A program made the position numbers and the translations under genes. Below, in pieces: positions 22,122 to 31,980 of a stretch of DNA of 64,000 nucleotides. The stretch is from an uncultured delta proteobacterium (lineage in GTDB: Bacteria; Desulfobacterota; Binatia; UBA9968). The notes below the pieces were generated by a model. That model saw only the letters and a program-made list of their open reading frames with translations. It made no database searches and was not told where the DNA came from. The DNA lies in assembly GCA_963847445.1 (NCBI GenBank), contig CAWJZV010000045.1, forward strand, positions 1-64,000, read 5' to 3'. Numbering within the stretch: position 1 is the first letter of the stretch; the number at the start of each line of letters is the position of its first letter.

Positions 22122-24193
22122 GCTACGACGGCGAAAAATTATTCAACCTGCTGCCGGCGATTTACCGCGTGCGCGACGCCGAGCAGGGCGGCGCGCTGCG
22201 CCAGCTCATGGCGGTGATCGCCGAGCAAATGGCGCTGCTCGAAGCGAGCAACCAGCAGCTTTACGACGATCAGTTCATCGAAACCTGCGCCGATTGGCTG
22301 GTGCCCTATATCGGCGATCTGATCGGTTACCGGACGCTGCATGGAGTGGTTCCCAAGGTGGCGAGCCCGCGCGCGGAAGTGGGCCACACCATCGCCTTGC
22401 GCCGGCGCAAGGGCACGGCGACCATGCTCGAACAGCTGGCGCGCGACGTCACCGGCTGGCCGGCACGGGTGGCGGAAATGTTCCAGCTCCTGGGTTGGAC
22501 GCAGCATATGAACCATATTCGGCCCGAGAGCCGCTACGCCCCGGATCTGCGCCGGTGGGAAAAACTCGAGCGGCTCAACACCCCCTTCGATTCACTCTCC
22601 CATACCGTCGACGTGCGCGGCATCGCCAAGGGACAGGGTAAGCACAATATTCCCAACATCGGCGTCTTTCTCTGGCGCTTGCGGGCGTATCGTCTGCACG
22701 GCTCGCCGGCGGTGCCGGCGGCGCCGGGCGATGGCCAGCGATTTTTGTTCGACCCGTTGGCGATGGAGCGGCAATTGTTTACTCGCGATGAAGCCGAGCT
22801 CGAGATCAGCCATCTGGCCGAACCGATCAATGCGCCGGTGCCGCTGAGCCGGCGGGTGCTGGCGAATTTTCTCGACCGCTACTACGGCGAGCACAAGAGT
22901 TTATTTATCGCCGGCGCCGCGCTTGCGACGATCCAGATTTGCAATCTGAGCGATAGCGCCGGCGGTTGGGCGCATACGCCGCCGCCGGCGGGCAAGATCG
23001 CCATCGATCCGGTGCTTGGCCGGATCGCCTGCGGCGATGTCCAAGCGCAGCCGCCGCAGGTGACATTTCACTACGGCTTCAGCGCCGACATGGGGGCAGG
23101 CGAATATGATCGCGCGGCGACGCTGACCGAGAAGCCGACGGCGGCTGCATCGGTGCCGATTCCCAACGCGACGATGCAAGCGGCGCTGGCGCTGGTGCAA
23201 CCGGCGGGCGGCGTCGTCGAGATCACCGATAGCGGGCGCTACGTTGAAACTCCCGTGCTTAACGCCGCCACCGCGACCAAGGTTGAGTTGCGTGGCGCCA
23301 ACGAGCGCCGGCCGACGTTGGTGTTAGGTGGCGCTTGGGAAATCGCCGGCGGCGATCAAGCCGAGGTGACGCTCAACGGTTTGTTGATCACCGGCGGCGC
23401 GCTGCGCGTTTCGAACACGCCGGGAAACCAGTTGCGGCGCCTGCGCCTGCGCCATTGCACGTTGGTGCCGGATGGCCAGCCGACTTTGGTGGTCGAGATT
23501 CCCAATGTCACAGTGGAAATCGATCACTGCATCGTCGGCCCGCTGCGGGTCGCCGCCGGCTCGACGGTCAGGATCGCCAACTCGATTGTCGACGCCACGG
23601 GAGAAACCAATGTTGCTTATTGCGGCACGGCGAGCGTGCCGGCGGGACAGCCGGAAGCCGCCGGCGGCGCCGTGGAAATTCTTAACAGCACCATCGTCGG
23701 CAAAGTGCGCAGCGGGGAATTCAAACTGGTTGCCAATTCTATTTTCGTCGCGGCGCTGTCGGCGGGCGACAATTGGCTTGCGCCGGTGCGCTCGGAAAAA
23801 AAGCAGCAGGGCTGCGTGCGCTTCAGTTATCTCCCGCCCGGATCGCTGACGCCGCGGCGTTACCGCTGCCAGCCGGATTTCGAGATCGCTACGCGCATCG
23901 ATGGCGCCGAGAAAGCTGCCGGCGGACCGATCGATGCGACCGAAGTGAACGCGATTCGCGCCGATGTCGAGAGTTGGCTGGCGCCGGGTTTTTCGACCTT
24001 GCGCTACGGCCTGGCGAGTTACGGCCAACTGCGGCTGTCTTGTCCGGCACAGATTCGCGCCGGCGCCGACGATGAGGCGGAGATGGGCGCGTTCCACGAT
24101 CTTTACCAACCCCAGCGCGAAACCAATTTGCGCGTGCGCTTGGACGAGTATCTGCGCTTCGGTCTGGAGGCGGGAGTTTTTTATGACAGCTGA
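22118..24193 (+). CDS. Phage tail protein I-like baseplate protein with beta-helix-like C-terminal half
   Basis: LFNLLPAIYRVRD..QFIETCADWLVPYIGDLIG, RRKGT, LRHCTLVP/IDHCIVG/NSIVD repeats, EMGAFHDL. Confidence 0.8.
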   Translation: MSYDGEKLFNLLPAIYRVRDAEQGGALRQLMAVIAEQMALLEASNQQLYDDQFIETCADWLVPYIGDLIGYRTLHGVVPKVASPRAEVGHTIALRRRKGTATMLEQLARDVTGWPARVAEMFQLLGWTQHMNHIRPESRYAPDLRRWEKLERLNTPFDSLSHTVDVRGIAKGQGKHNIPNIGVFLWRLRAYRLHGSPAVPAAPGDGQRFLFDPLAMERQLFTRDEAELEISHLAEPINAPVPLSRRVLANFLDRYYGEHKSLFIAGAALATIQICNLSDSAGGWAHTPPPAGKIAIDPVLGRIACGDVQAQPPQVTFHYGFSADMGAGEYDRAATLTEKPTAAASVPIPNATMQAALALVQPAGGVVEITDSGRYVETPVLNAATATKVELRGANERRPTLVLGGAWEIAGGDQAEVTLNGLLITGGALRVSNTPGNQLRRLRLRHCTLVPDGQPTLVVEIPNVTVEIDHCIVGPLRVAAGSTVRIANSIVDATGETNVAYCGTASVPAGQPEAAGGAVEILNSTIVGKVRSGEFKLVANSIFVAALSAGDNWLAPVRSEKKQQGCVRFSYLPPGSLTPRRYRCQPDFEIATRIDGAEKAAGGPIDATEVNAIRADVESWLAPGFSTLRYGLASYGQLRLSCPAQIRAGADDEAEMGAFHDLYQPQRETNLRVRLDEYLRFGLEAGVFYDS

Positions 24194-24237
24194 GCAGGCT
24201 TTTCCCCAGACTTCGCTGGAGAAAAGAGGTTCGCCTG

Positions 24238-24528
24238 TCGGCGAACAGCCGCAATCGAAACTCCGAATATCTCTCGCAACGGCGCCAAGCTCGCAAAGGT
24301 GACGGGCGATGACCGTCATCCCGAGGAAACACGAGGGATCTGAAGATAGATTTCTCCCAAGGGTCGAAATGACAACAATTCCGAACTTGGCGTCTTTGCG
24401 CCCCTTCGACGTTGCTCAGGACCTGCTTGGCGAGAGGAATTTCCGAATCCGAGAATCTTCGACTCTCGGAATATTAAAGACGCAGGCTATGACAAACATG
24501 TTGGTATTAGTTTTTTGGATAGCAATGC
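24238..24528 (+). repeat. Family-B element (copy B4) inside the eCIS operon
   Basis: Near copy of 7920-8199, with an extra CCCTTCGACGTTGCTCAGG unit. Confidence 0.8.
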
Positions 24529-24615
24529 TGGGCACTTCGCGTACGGGGATTAACCCGCACGTGCCCAAAGCCGGCAGCAAACTGCGGCGAATAACTCGAT
24601 CATAGGGAGTCAAAC

Positions 24616-27600
24616 ATGAGCGGAGATTACAGCCGGCAACGATTCGACGTGAAGCATGATTTCACCGGCGTGTTGATGCAGCAGGGGCGGGTTCAGCTCG
24701 ATGCCGATTGGAATGAGCTGGTCGCCATCCTCGATCGCCGCCTGCGCGCCGAGACCACCGATATCATCGGCAAGAGCACCGTGCCGAAGGAGACCCCGGA
24801 GGGATTTCGCATACAGCTTGCGGCGGGTGTCTTGACCATCGGCCGCGGGCGCATCTATGTCGATGGCCTGCTCGCCGAAAATCACGGCAAGGCGCCGATG
24901 GAATTCGATCCGATTCTCGCCGAGCAGCGCGGCACGCTGGCGCTGCCCTACAATGAGCAGCCCTACTTTCCCGAAGTCGCAAGCGCGGCGCCGGCCCCCA
25001 GCGCCGGCGGGCCGCACCTGGTTTATCTCGATGTCTGGCAGCGTGAGGTGACCTATTTGCAGGATCCTAATCTGGTCGAGACGGCGGTCGGCGTCGATAC
25101 CACGACCCGGCTTCAGACCGTCTGGCAAGTGCGCGTGCTGGCCAACGTTGGCGCCGGCGTTACCTGCGGCGCGGCGCTGCCGGCTTGGGATAGTTTGATC
25201 GCGCCGTCGGCCGGGCGCTTGAGCAGCAAAGCGGTCGGCGTGGCGACGGCGAGCGATCCCTGCTTGATCCCGCCGAGCGGCGGCTATCGCGGCCTCGACA
25301 ATCGTCTCTATCGGGTTGAAGTCCACAGCGCCGGGGCGGGCGGTGCCGGCGGCACGGCGACCTTCAAATGGTCGCGCGACAACGCGTCGGTGGCCAGCGC
25401 GGTAACCGCGATCACGGCGCTCGATAAATTAACTGTCGCCAGCCTCGGCCGCGACTCGGTGATGCATTTCCGCATCGGTGATTGGCTCGAGATCACCGAC
25501 GATCGCCGCGAGCTGGGCGGCCAGAGCGGCGTCATGGCCCAGGTGAAGAACGTCGATGATGACAACCGCATCATCACGCTGACCGCGCCGCTGGCGGCGG
25601 GCAACTTTCCCCACCGACGCTCAAGGCAACACCACGCCGGCGCACCACACCCGGGTGCGCCGCTGGGACCAGAGCGGCCAGGTGCGCGATAGCAATGGCG
25701 TCCTGATCGTCGATCTCAACGCGCCGGGCAGCCAGGGGGTGATTCCGCTGCCGGCCGGCGGCACGTCGATCGTTCTCGAGGACGGCGTGCAGATCACCTT
25801 CGACAGCGCTAGCGGCGGCAACCACCATCTGGGCGACTATTGGAACTTCGCGGCGCGCACGGCCGACGCTTCGGTGCAAGAGCTGAATGCCGAGCCGCCG
25901 CGCGGCACGCATCATCATTTCGCGCGTCTGGCGCTGGTGACGTTTCCGGCAACCGTCAGCGATTGCCGGACGCTCTGGCCGCCCGAGTTCGGCGACGAAA
26001 GTTGCGAGTGCACGGTCTGCGTCAGCGCCGCGGCGCATAATCAGGGCACGCTGACGATCCAGCGCGCCATCGATCAGGTCAAAGCCGCCGGCGGCGGCAC
26101 CGTCTGCCTTGGCGTCGGCGTTTACAATCTCGGCGAGGCGCCGCTGCCGATCAACATCGACGGCCTGCGCTCGCTGACGATCCGCGGTCAAGGCGCAGAG
26201 ACGCAGTTGAATTACCTCGGACGCGGGCCGGCCATCACCGTGCAAAACTCCGTCGGCGTCACCATCGAAAAGCTCTCCCTCGCCACCGCCGCCGCGGAGG
26301 GCGATGCCCTGCCGGCGATATTATTGACCAACAGCGGAAGCGTTACGTTGCAGCGCTGCGCGGTTTTGCGGCTCGGCAGCGAGGCGACCAACAGCGCCGC
26401 CATCGGCATGGCCGGCATTCTCCTGAGCACGACGATCCGGGAAAATCTACTGGTCGCGCCGATCGGCATCGGCAACCTGATTAAACCGACCGCCGCAGGC
26501 ATCGCCGTGGCGGCGCAACAGAGCGAGCCGCTCATCACGCTCGCCCTCGACATTCGCGACAATGGGCTTTTCTGCGGCCGGCGCGGCGTCAGCTTTGTCG
26601 GTCTGGCGCTGCATGCGCTGACCACCCGCGTGAGCGGCAACTTTTTCAGCGATTGCGCCCAAGCCGGCATCGCGATGTTAGGTTACGTGCCCGCCGGTTT
26701 CAGCGTCGAGATCGGCGCCAACGAGCTGCGCGTCAACGGCATCGGTATCGCCATCGGCACCGACGGCACCAGGGTGACCGAGAACAGTATCACGTCAGTG
26801 CGCGCGCGCGGCGCCAACGACGGCATCCTGGTCGCGCCGGGCTTGGACAAAACCGGCATCGATCAATGCCATATTATCGGCAACCGGGTCACCGCTGTCG
26901 GCGGCCACGGTGTCAATCTTCGCGCGCCAGTCAATTCGGCGATGATCAAGAATAATTTCATCGAGGATGTCGGCCTCGGCGGCATCGTCATGGGCGAGGA
27001 GGCATCGGCGCAAAACCTGTGCGTCGAGAACAACCAGATTCGCGACGTGGTCGGAGAGCCCAACAGCGATCAGACGGCCGCGCTCACCGGCATTCGCCTG
27101 GTCGATAGCAAAAACGGCGAAGTCGTCAACAATTCGATAATCGGCGTCGGCCTGCGCGCGCCCAATCAACGGCCGGTGGCGATTCAACTGATCGGCTGCG
27201 AAGCGGTGCGCGTGGCGGGCAATAGCGCGCTCGATATCGGACCAGTAGAGGGCAACCACACCGGCGCAGGCATTGAAAGCGTCGGCACCTTCGACCGCCT
27301 GCAGATCGTCGGCAACACGGTGCGGCGCAGCCAGACGCAGACGAAGCTGATCGACGGCGCCCAATGGTACGCCGTGGTGATCTCCGGCGCGCGCACCGTG
27401 CCGCCGCGGCTGCGGGCGTTTACCAACTTTTTTGCCGCCAAGTCCAATACGTCTTTTATCCTGAGCGATGCCAAAGTCATTGCCCGGCCGCTGGGACGGG
27501 AGTTGGTGAGCTTGCACGATAATCATTTCGACGCCTACGGCGCGGCGCAGGCGGTCTTGATCGCCATCAGCGGCGCTTGTACGTTTAACGATAACCGCTG

Positions 27601-27823
27601 CCTGTTGCTGGCGTTGGCTCGATCAGCCGTGGCGGTGACCGCCCAGAGCGCCATCGTCAATGCCAATCATGTGACCAACGAAAGCGATGTGACATTCAGC
27701 GTGGACCTCAACTTGCCGGAGCGGGCGTTGTTCACCGTCGTCGGTAACGTCACCACCCGGCTGATCGGCGTCAATGGCAACCAGATTCCGGCGCCGTGGA
27801 CGGCGCTTAACGTGCATCAATAA
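24616..27823 (+). CDS. DUF6519 tail fibre/tailspike-like protein with right-handed parallel beta-helix (frameshift near 25610)
   Basis: GDYSR..F..VLMQQGRVQLDADWNE, GYRGLDNRLYRVEVH, FKWSRDNAS, GDYWNFAART, TIQRAID, many N-rich beta-helix rungs. Confidence 0.85.
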
Positions 27824-27844
27824 TAATCGAAAAGGGAGCGCGCC

Positions 27845-28354
27845 ATGAAATACGCGGTGTCTAAAGGCGAAAGTGAAATCTCCGAACTGGCGGGGCGCCT
27901 GTTCGATATCAAAGGCCGCGGCTCTGCCGCCGCGAGCAAACAGGCCGAGGCGGCGTTGCTCAAGGCCAATCCTCACCTGCACGATTTGACGAAAATCAAA
28001 CCGGGCACGCTCATCATAATTCCTGAGACGGCGGAAAATCCACCCGTGCGCGGCCCACAGACCACCGGCGCCGGCGGCGATACCATGGAGCAGCTCAAGT
28101 TTGTTTTGGAAGATTTGGCCGGAGCCATCGAACGGGCGGCGAAAAGCGACGAGGAAACCGTCGCCGGCCAAACCGAAGCGCTCAAGGACCGCGAGCTGCG
28201 CGACTTCGCCGCCCAATCGCCGGAAGCCAAGGAACAGCTCGGCAAACTCAGCGAGGCGCTCAAGAACCGCAGCAAAGAGATCAAAGCCAACACCGCGGCG
28301 CAGAAAGATGGCTTGAAGCAGCTCGTCGAATCGTTGGACAAGCTGCCGCGCTGA
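27845..28354 (+). CDS. LysM-like N-terminus plus coiled-coil protein
   Basis: GGGAG RBS. LLKANPHLHDLTKIKPGTLIIIP followed by a helical charged tail. Confidence 0.6.
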   Translation: MKYAVSKGESEISELAGRLFDIKGRGSAAASKQAEAALLKANPHLHDLTKIKPGTLIIIPETAENPPVRGPQTTGAGGDTMEQLKFVLEDLAGAIERAAKSDEETVAGQTEALKDRELRDFAAQSPEAKEQLGKLSEALKNRSKEIKANTAAQKDGLKQLVESLDKLPR

Positions 28355-28417
28355 CGCCGGCTTGGGTTTCGAAATCTGCTTCGATCAGTCCGATATGCGC
28401 GTCGAATTATTTGCTCG

Positions 28418-28783
28418 ATGGATTCGGGAGAAAGGCATTGCCAGACATGCCAACGCAGCCACCGCCGTCTCGTTGTCGACTTCCCAAAATTTGTCGGCGG
28501 ACTAATCAAGAACGTGTTCCAGGCGATCGTCGAGTCCTCCATCGAGCAGATGCGGGCTTATGGTGAACTGATCGGCAACGTGGCCAAGACCGTGGACCAG
28601 TTCATGACCGACAACATATCCGCGGGCCCCGGCAGTTTCGCGGGAGACGGCGAATCGCCAGCGCCAACGGCCCAACTCGCCGCACGAGGCGAAAACGCGC
28701 AGGCGAGGGTGGCGGAGATCAGTCGTGACCTCAACCTCAACCCGCCGGTGAGTTGCGCTGTCTCGACTGCAGGCGGTACGTGA
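28418..28783 (+). pseudogene. Probable truncated remnant of a conserved hypothetical protein
   Basis: Protein-like core VDFPKFVGGLIKNVFQAIVESSIEQMRAYGELIGNVAKTVDQFMTDNI flanked by non-protein-like sequence. Confidence 0.4.
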
Positions 28784-28855
28784 ATCCGTTCGGCAGGTAC
28801 TTAGCGCAAGTGCGGATTACCAAAATCTCAGTCAATTGACGCGCCGGGATATCGC

Positions 28856-29623
28856 TCAGGGGCTAGTTAAGATCTTCGGCCGATAGAACTCAATTGCGTT
28901 CTTGTAGAAAACATTCGCCGCCTTTTCTTCTCCTAAGGTTTCCATGACCAGCGTGTAATCGCTATCGAGATAGGGCCTTGGCGCGCGCGTGGACGGCAGG
29001 TCGGTGCCGAACATCAGTGAGCGCGGATTGGCCGCGTACAGGTCGGTCAGGGCGGAGCGCACGTCGAAGTCGACCCGTCCGAAGCCGGTGGCTTTGACCC
29101 GCACACCTTTTTCCACGAGTTTGAGCAGCGTCGGGAAACCGGCTTTGGAGAGACCGAGATGGTCGATGCTGACCGCCGGCAACGACACCAGCGTATCGAA
29201 AAGACCGGCAAGCTCGGTGGAATCGACATAGAGCTCGGTGTGCCAGCCGACCAGCTTATGAACCCGCCGGGCGAAGCCTTCCAGATGCCGGACGTCTTCC
29301 GAACCGCCGCGCTTGACGTTGAAACGGACGGCGCGAACCCCGGCGTTGTCGAGTTCCTGCAACTCCCGATCCGACACGGTCTGCGGCACTTGGGTGACGC
29401 CGACAAAGGTCGGGCCGAGCACTTTTAAAGCGTGAAATAGATACGATTGATCCAACTCCTGGAACGAGCCCGACACCACCGCGCCGCCGCAAAGATCGAT
29501 CGCTTTGACCCGCTCTAGATAATCCTCGCTGGTAAAGGCGTCGGGCATGAACCCTTGATTGGGCACGACGGGGAAATTCTTGTCGATGATATGAAAGTGG
29601 CAATCGAAATACTTTTGCTTCAA
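28856..29623 (-). CDS. Amidohydrolase_2 family protein (2-pyrone-4,6-dicarboxylate lactonase-like)
   Basis: FDCHFH, GVRAVRFN, SIDHLG, VKATGFGR, MFGTDLP. Confidence 0.85.
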   Translation of the reverse strand: MKQKYFDCHFHIIDKNFPVVPNQGFMPDAFTSEDYLERVKAIDLCGGAVVSGSFQELDQSYLFHALKVLGPTFVGVTQVPQTVSDRELQELDNAGVRAVRFNVKRGGSEDVRHLEGFARRVHKLVGWHTELYVDSTELAGLFDTLVSLPAVSIDHLGLSKAGFPTLLKLVEKGVRVKATGFGRVDFDVRSALTDLYAANPRSLMFGTDLPSTRAPRPYLDSDYTLVMETLGEEKAANVFYKNAIEFYRPKILTSP

Positions 29624-29683
29624 CGGAGTTCTCCTCTCAAATTATGGAACCGCTTATCGCAATCACGCGGTGCGATCAAGTAT

Positions 29684-30023
29684 GGTTCTACAGTCTTTCC
29701 TGTGATGCAGGGTTCGAAGATTCCACCGCCGAGGCGCCCTTCGACGTGGCTCAGAACAGACTCCGGGCGCGGAGGAAAGAAATCCTCCCTCGGGAAAAAT
29801 TCCGAACTCTGTACTACTATCCATGATAATTTGCGTCGCCTGCGCGAACTTCGCAATCATGCGATTGCCGCGCCGCCACCCCAGGGCGTATGCAATACGC
29901 CCCTACACAGAAATCCGAACTTTGCGCCCTTTGCGTTCTTTGCGGCCATTCTTCTTTTGGTTGCGGCTCTGCTGCGCTAAGAATTCTGTGTCTCTGTGGT
30001 GAATAATTCTTCATAGGAAACCC
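29684..30023 (-). repeat. Family-C element (copy C2) containing nested family-B copy B5 (29811-29979) with an intact GTAG REP at 29884-29906
   Basis: Ends GGGTTTCCTATGAAG..CATCACAGGAAAGACTGTAGAACC match 47391-47535. Confidence 0.75.
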
Positions 30024-30061
30024 AGAATAACCTCAAACCTCACAAGGTCGCAGTTGCACAA

Positions 30062-30820
30062 TCACCCGGCCCGCATCTTGAGCAGCGCCGGAATATCTAT
30101 TTCCCCCTGATATTGCCGCAGTTCTTTTTCTTTACGCTGGGCGCCGAGCATGGCCATGCGGTCGGCGAGTTCGTTGCCTTCGGTGCCGACATGGGCGGCA
30201 ACGTGGGTGAGGGTCAGTTGTTTTTTAATCCGTCGGTAGATCGCGTAGCAGGCCTGGATGATTTCCAGGTTCTTAATTTCGCCGCCAGCTTTTTTCCAGC
30301 CTTTCTTTTCCCAGCCCGGTGCCCAAGTGCGAATGCAGTTGATGGAGTAAGCCGAGTCGCTGCAGATCTCGACGCTGTTGCCGCTCTTGATCTCGGCTTC
30401 GGCCATGCGCAGGGCGTGATAGAGCGCGTGCAGTTCGGCGGTGTTGTTGGTCCCCATGGGGTTGTACAGGCCATACCACAGTTCCGCCAGTTCGCCGGCT
30501 CGATAGACGACGATGCCGGAGCCGGCGTTGCCGGGGTTCGGCTCACAGGCGCCATCGCAATAAATGCTGACATCGAACTGGTGCGCGGTATGTGCGGCAC
30601 GGCGTTGGCTGTCCGATGTGCCGGCTTTTGAGCTGCCGGTTGTTTTTGCCGGACTGCTTGCGGAGCCGCCGCGGCCAAAGGCTTGCTCGGCTGCCGCGCG
30701 GGTCGGGAAGGACTTGAAGCGCGCCCCGGCAAACTTGTCGACGGCCCGCTGCGTGGTCGCCCAATCCGTGAAGACACCGGTCTGCCGTCCTGACCATACG
30801 ACGTAAAATTTTTGCGCCAT
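30062..30820 (-). CDS. rnhA: Ribonuclease HI with N-terminal hybrid-binding (viroplasmin-like) domain
   Basis: KFYVVWSGRQTGVFTDW..FKSF, YCDGAC.PNPG, TNNTAEL, SDSAY, HV.AHVGTEGNELAD. Confidence 0.92.
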   Translation of the reverse strand: MAQKFYVVWSGRQTGVFTDWATTQRAVDKFAGARFKSFPTRAAAEQAFGRGGSASSPAKTTGSSKAGTSDSQRRAAHTAHQFDVSIYCDGACEPNPGNAGSGIVVYRAGELAELWYGLYNPMGTNNTAELHALYHALRMAEAEIKSGNSVEICSDSAYSINCIRTWAPGWEKKGWKKAGGEIKNLEIIQACYAIYRRIKKQLTLTHVAAHVGTEGNELADRMAMLGAQRKEKELRQYQGEIDIPALLKMRAG

Positions 30821-30900
30821 GCTGAGTCGATCTGCCTCCGTTAGAAACTGGTCCTGCAGGTTTTTGCGTGGATCATGGGCAATTTTCAGTTTGTTTGTTG

Positions 30901-31817
30901 CACCACGAAGAGCCTAACGCGGCGCAGCCGCAACCGAAAGGAAGAATGGCCGCAGAGAACGCAAAGGGCGCAAAAAAGAATCGGGAGTTGGAGCGGGTTT
31001 GAAACCCGCCTTCTCGGATTTGGCGCATCGAGCAATTCGCGCAAGCCGTGTAAATTTTGAGGCATAGTAATGCGAAGGACATTAATGGTGTTTGCACCAC
31101 GAAGTGTTTCATGACCTTACGCTCGTCTACAGAAAATGAAAATGGCTGGGATTCCCTCCATAGGCGGTCTGCTTGACGCGTCATTCCCGCGCACGCGGGA
31201 ATCCAGGTGACGGACAGTAGTCCGTCATACCGTTGAAAAACGGTATCCCAGGTGATGATGGGTCTGGATACCCGCTTTCGCGGGTATGACGGAGCCCCGC
31301 AGGCTCTTTGTTGTGCATATCATCCCCTCACATGTATTTTCGAAGAAGGACCAGCGCGACAGAGCCGCAATCGAAACTCGGAATATCTCCCGCAAAGGCG
31401 CTAAGCTCGCAAAGGTCGGATAATAAGGTGGTGAAGACCGTTTGTAAAAGTCCCATTTTTTTTCTTTCCGAACTTGGCGTGCTTTGCGCCTTGGCGGGAG
31501 TCGATCCCCTCTTCGGGTATTGCGGATCACCCGAAATTTTGCGCGAGCCGGGCAAATTGTCAACTATAGTAGTACGAAGGTTTCGGAAAATTATTTCTCC
31601 GAACCTCGTGCTCTTCGTGTCCTCCTTCGAAAATACACGTGCAGCGATGATCTGCGCATCGATAACGACTCTCTGTTCCGTCATACCGGCGCAGGCCGGT
31701 ATCCATCCCCCTCCCGCCCCTGGATGCCGGCCTGCGCCGGCATGACGAGTCTAAGGAATGGCTTCCGGTATTTTCATTATCTGTGGGCGTGCGTAAGATC
31801 ATGATTCACTTCGTGGT
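30901..31817. repeat. Composite nested repeat cluster: B6 (30915-31073), A2 (31105-31345), B7 (31352-31575), A3 (31625-31808, inverted)
   Basis: Conserved A and B termini inserted in CACCACGAAG..CTTCGTGGTG inverted-repeat hosts. Confidence 0.8.
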
Positions 31818-31980
31818 GCAAAGAGCATTACAGTAAACTCAAAAGTCCCAGAAATAAAACCATGGTGTCAAAATGTCCAGAATCATCCGGCACCACAGGA
31901 TCGTATTGGGTGGCGCCATCGGGACGAACATTAGATGCCCCAATTACGCCAAGGCTGGAGCGCCCCACTCGCAAGAGTTT

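Noticed and set aside
2503-28354. Prophage or type VI secretion system
   Set aside because: No capsid, portal, terminase or integrase, and no TssJLM/TssK/ClpV. Pvc16, the Afp15-like ATPase and DUF4157 indicate eCIS.
30901-31817. CRISPR array or integron cassette array
   Set aside because: No regularly spaced identical repeats with unique spacers, no cas or intI gene, and no clear attC R'/R'' boxes flanking ORFs.
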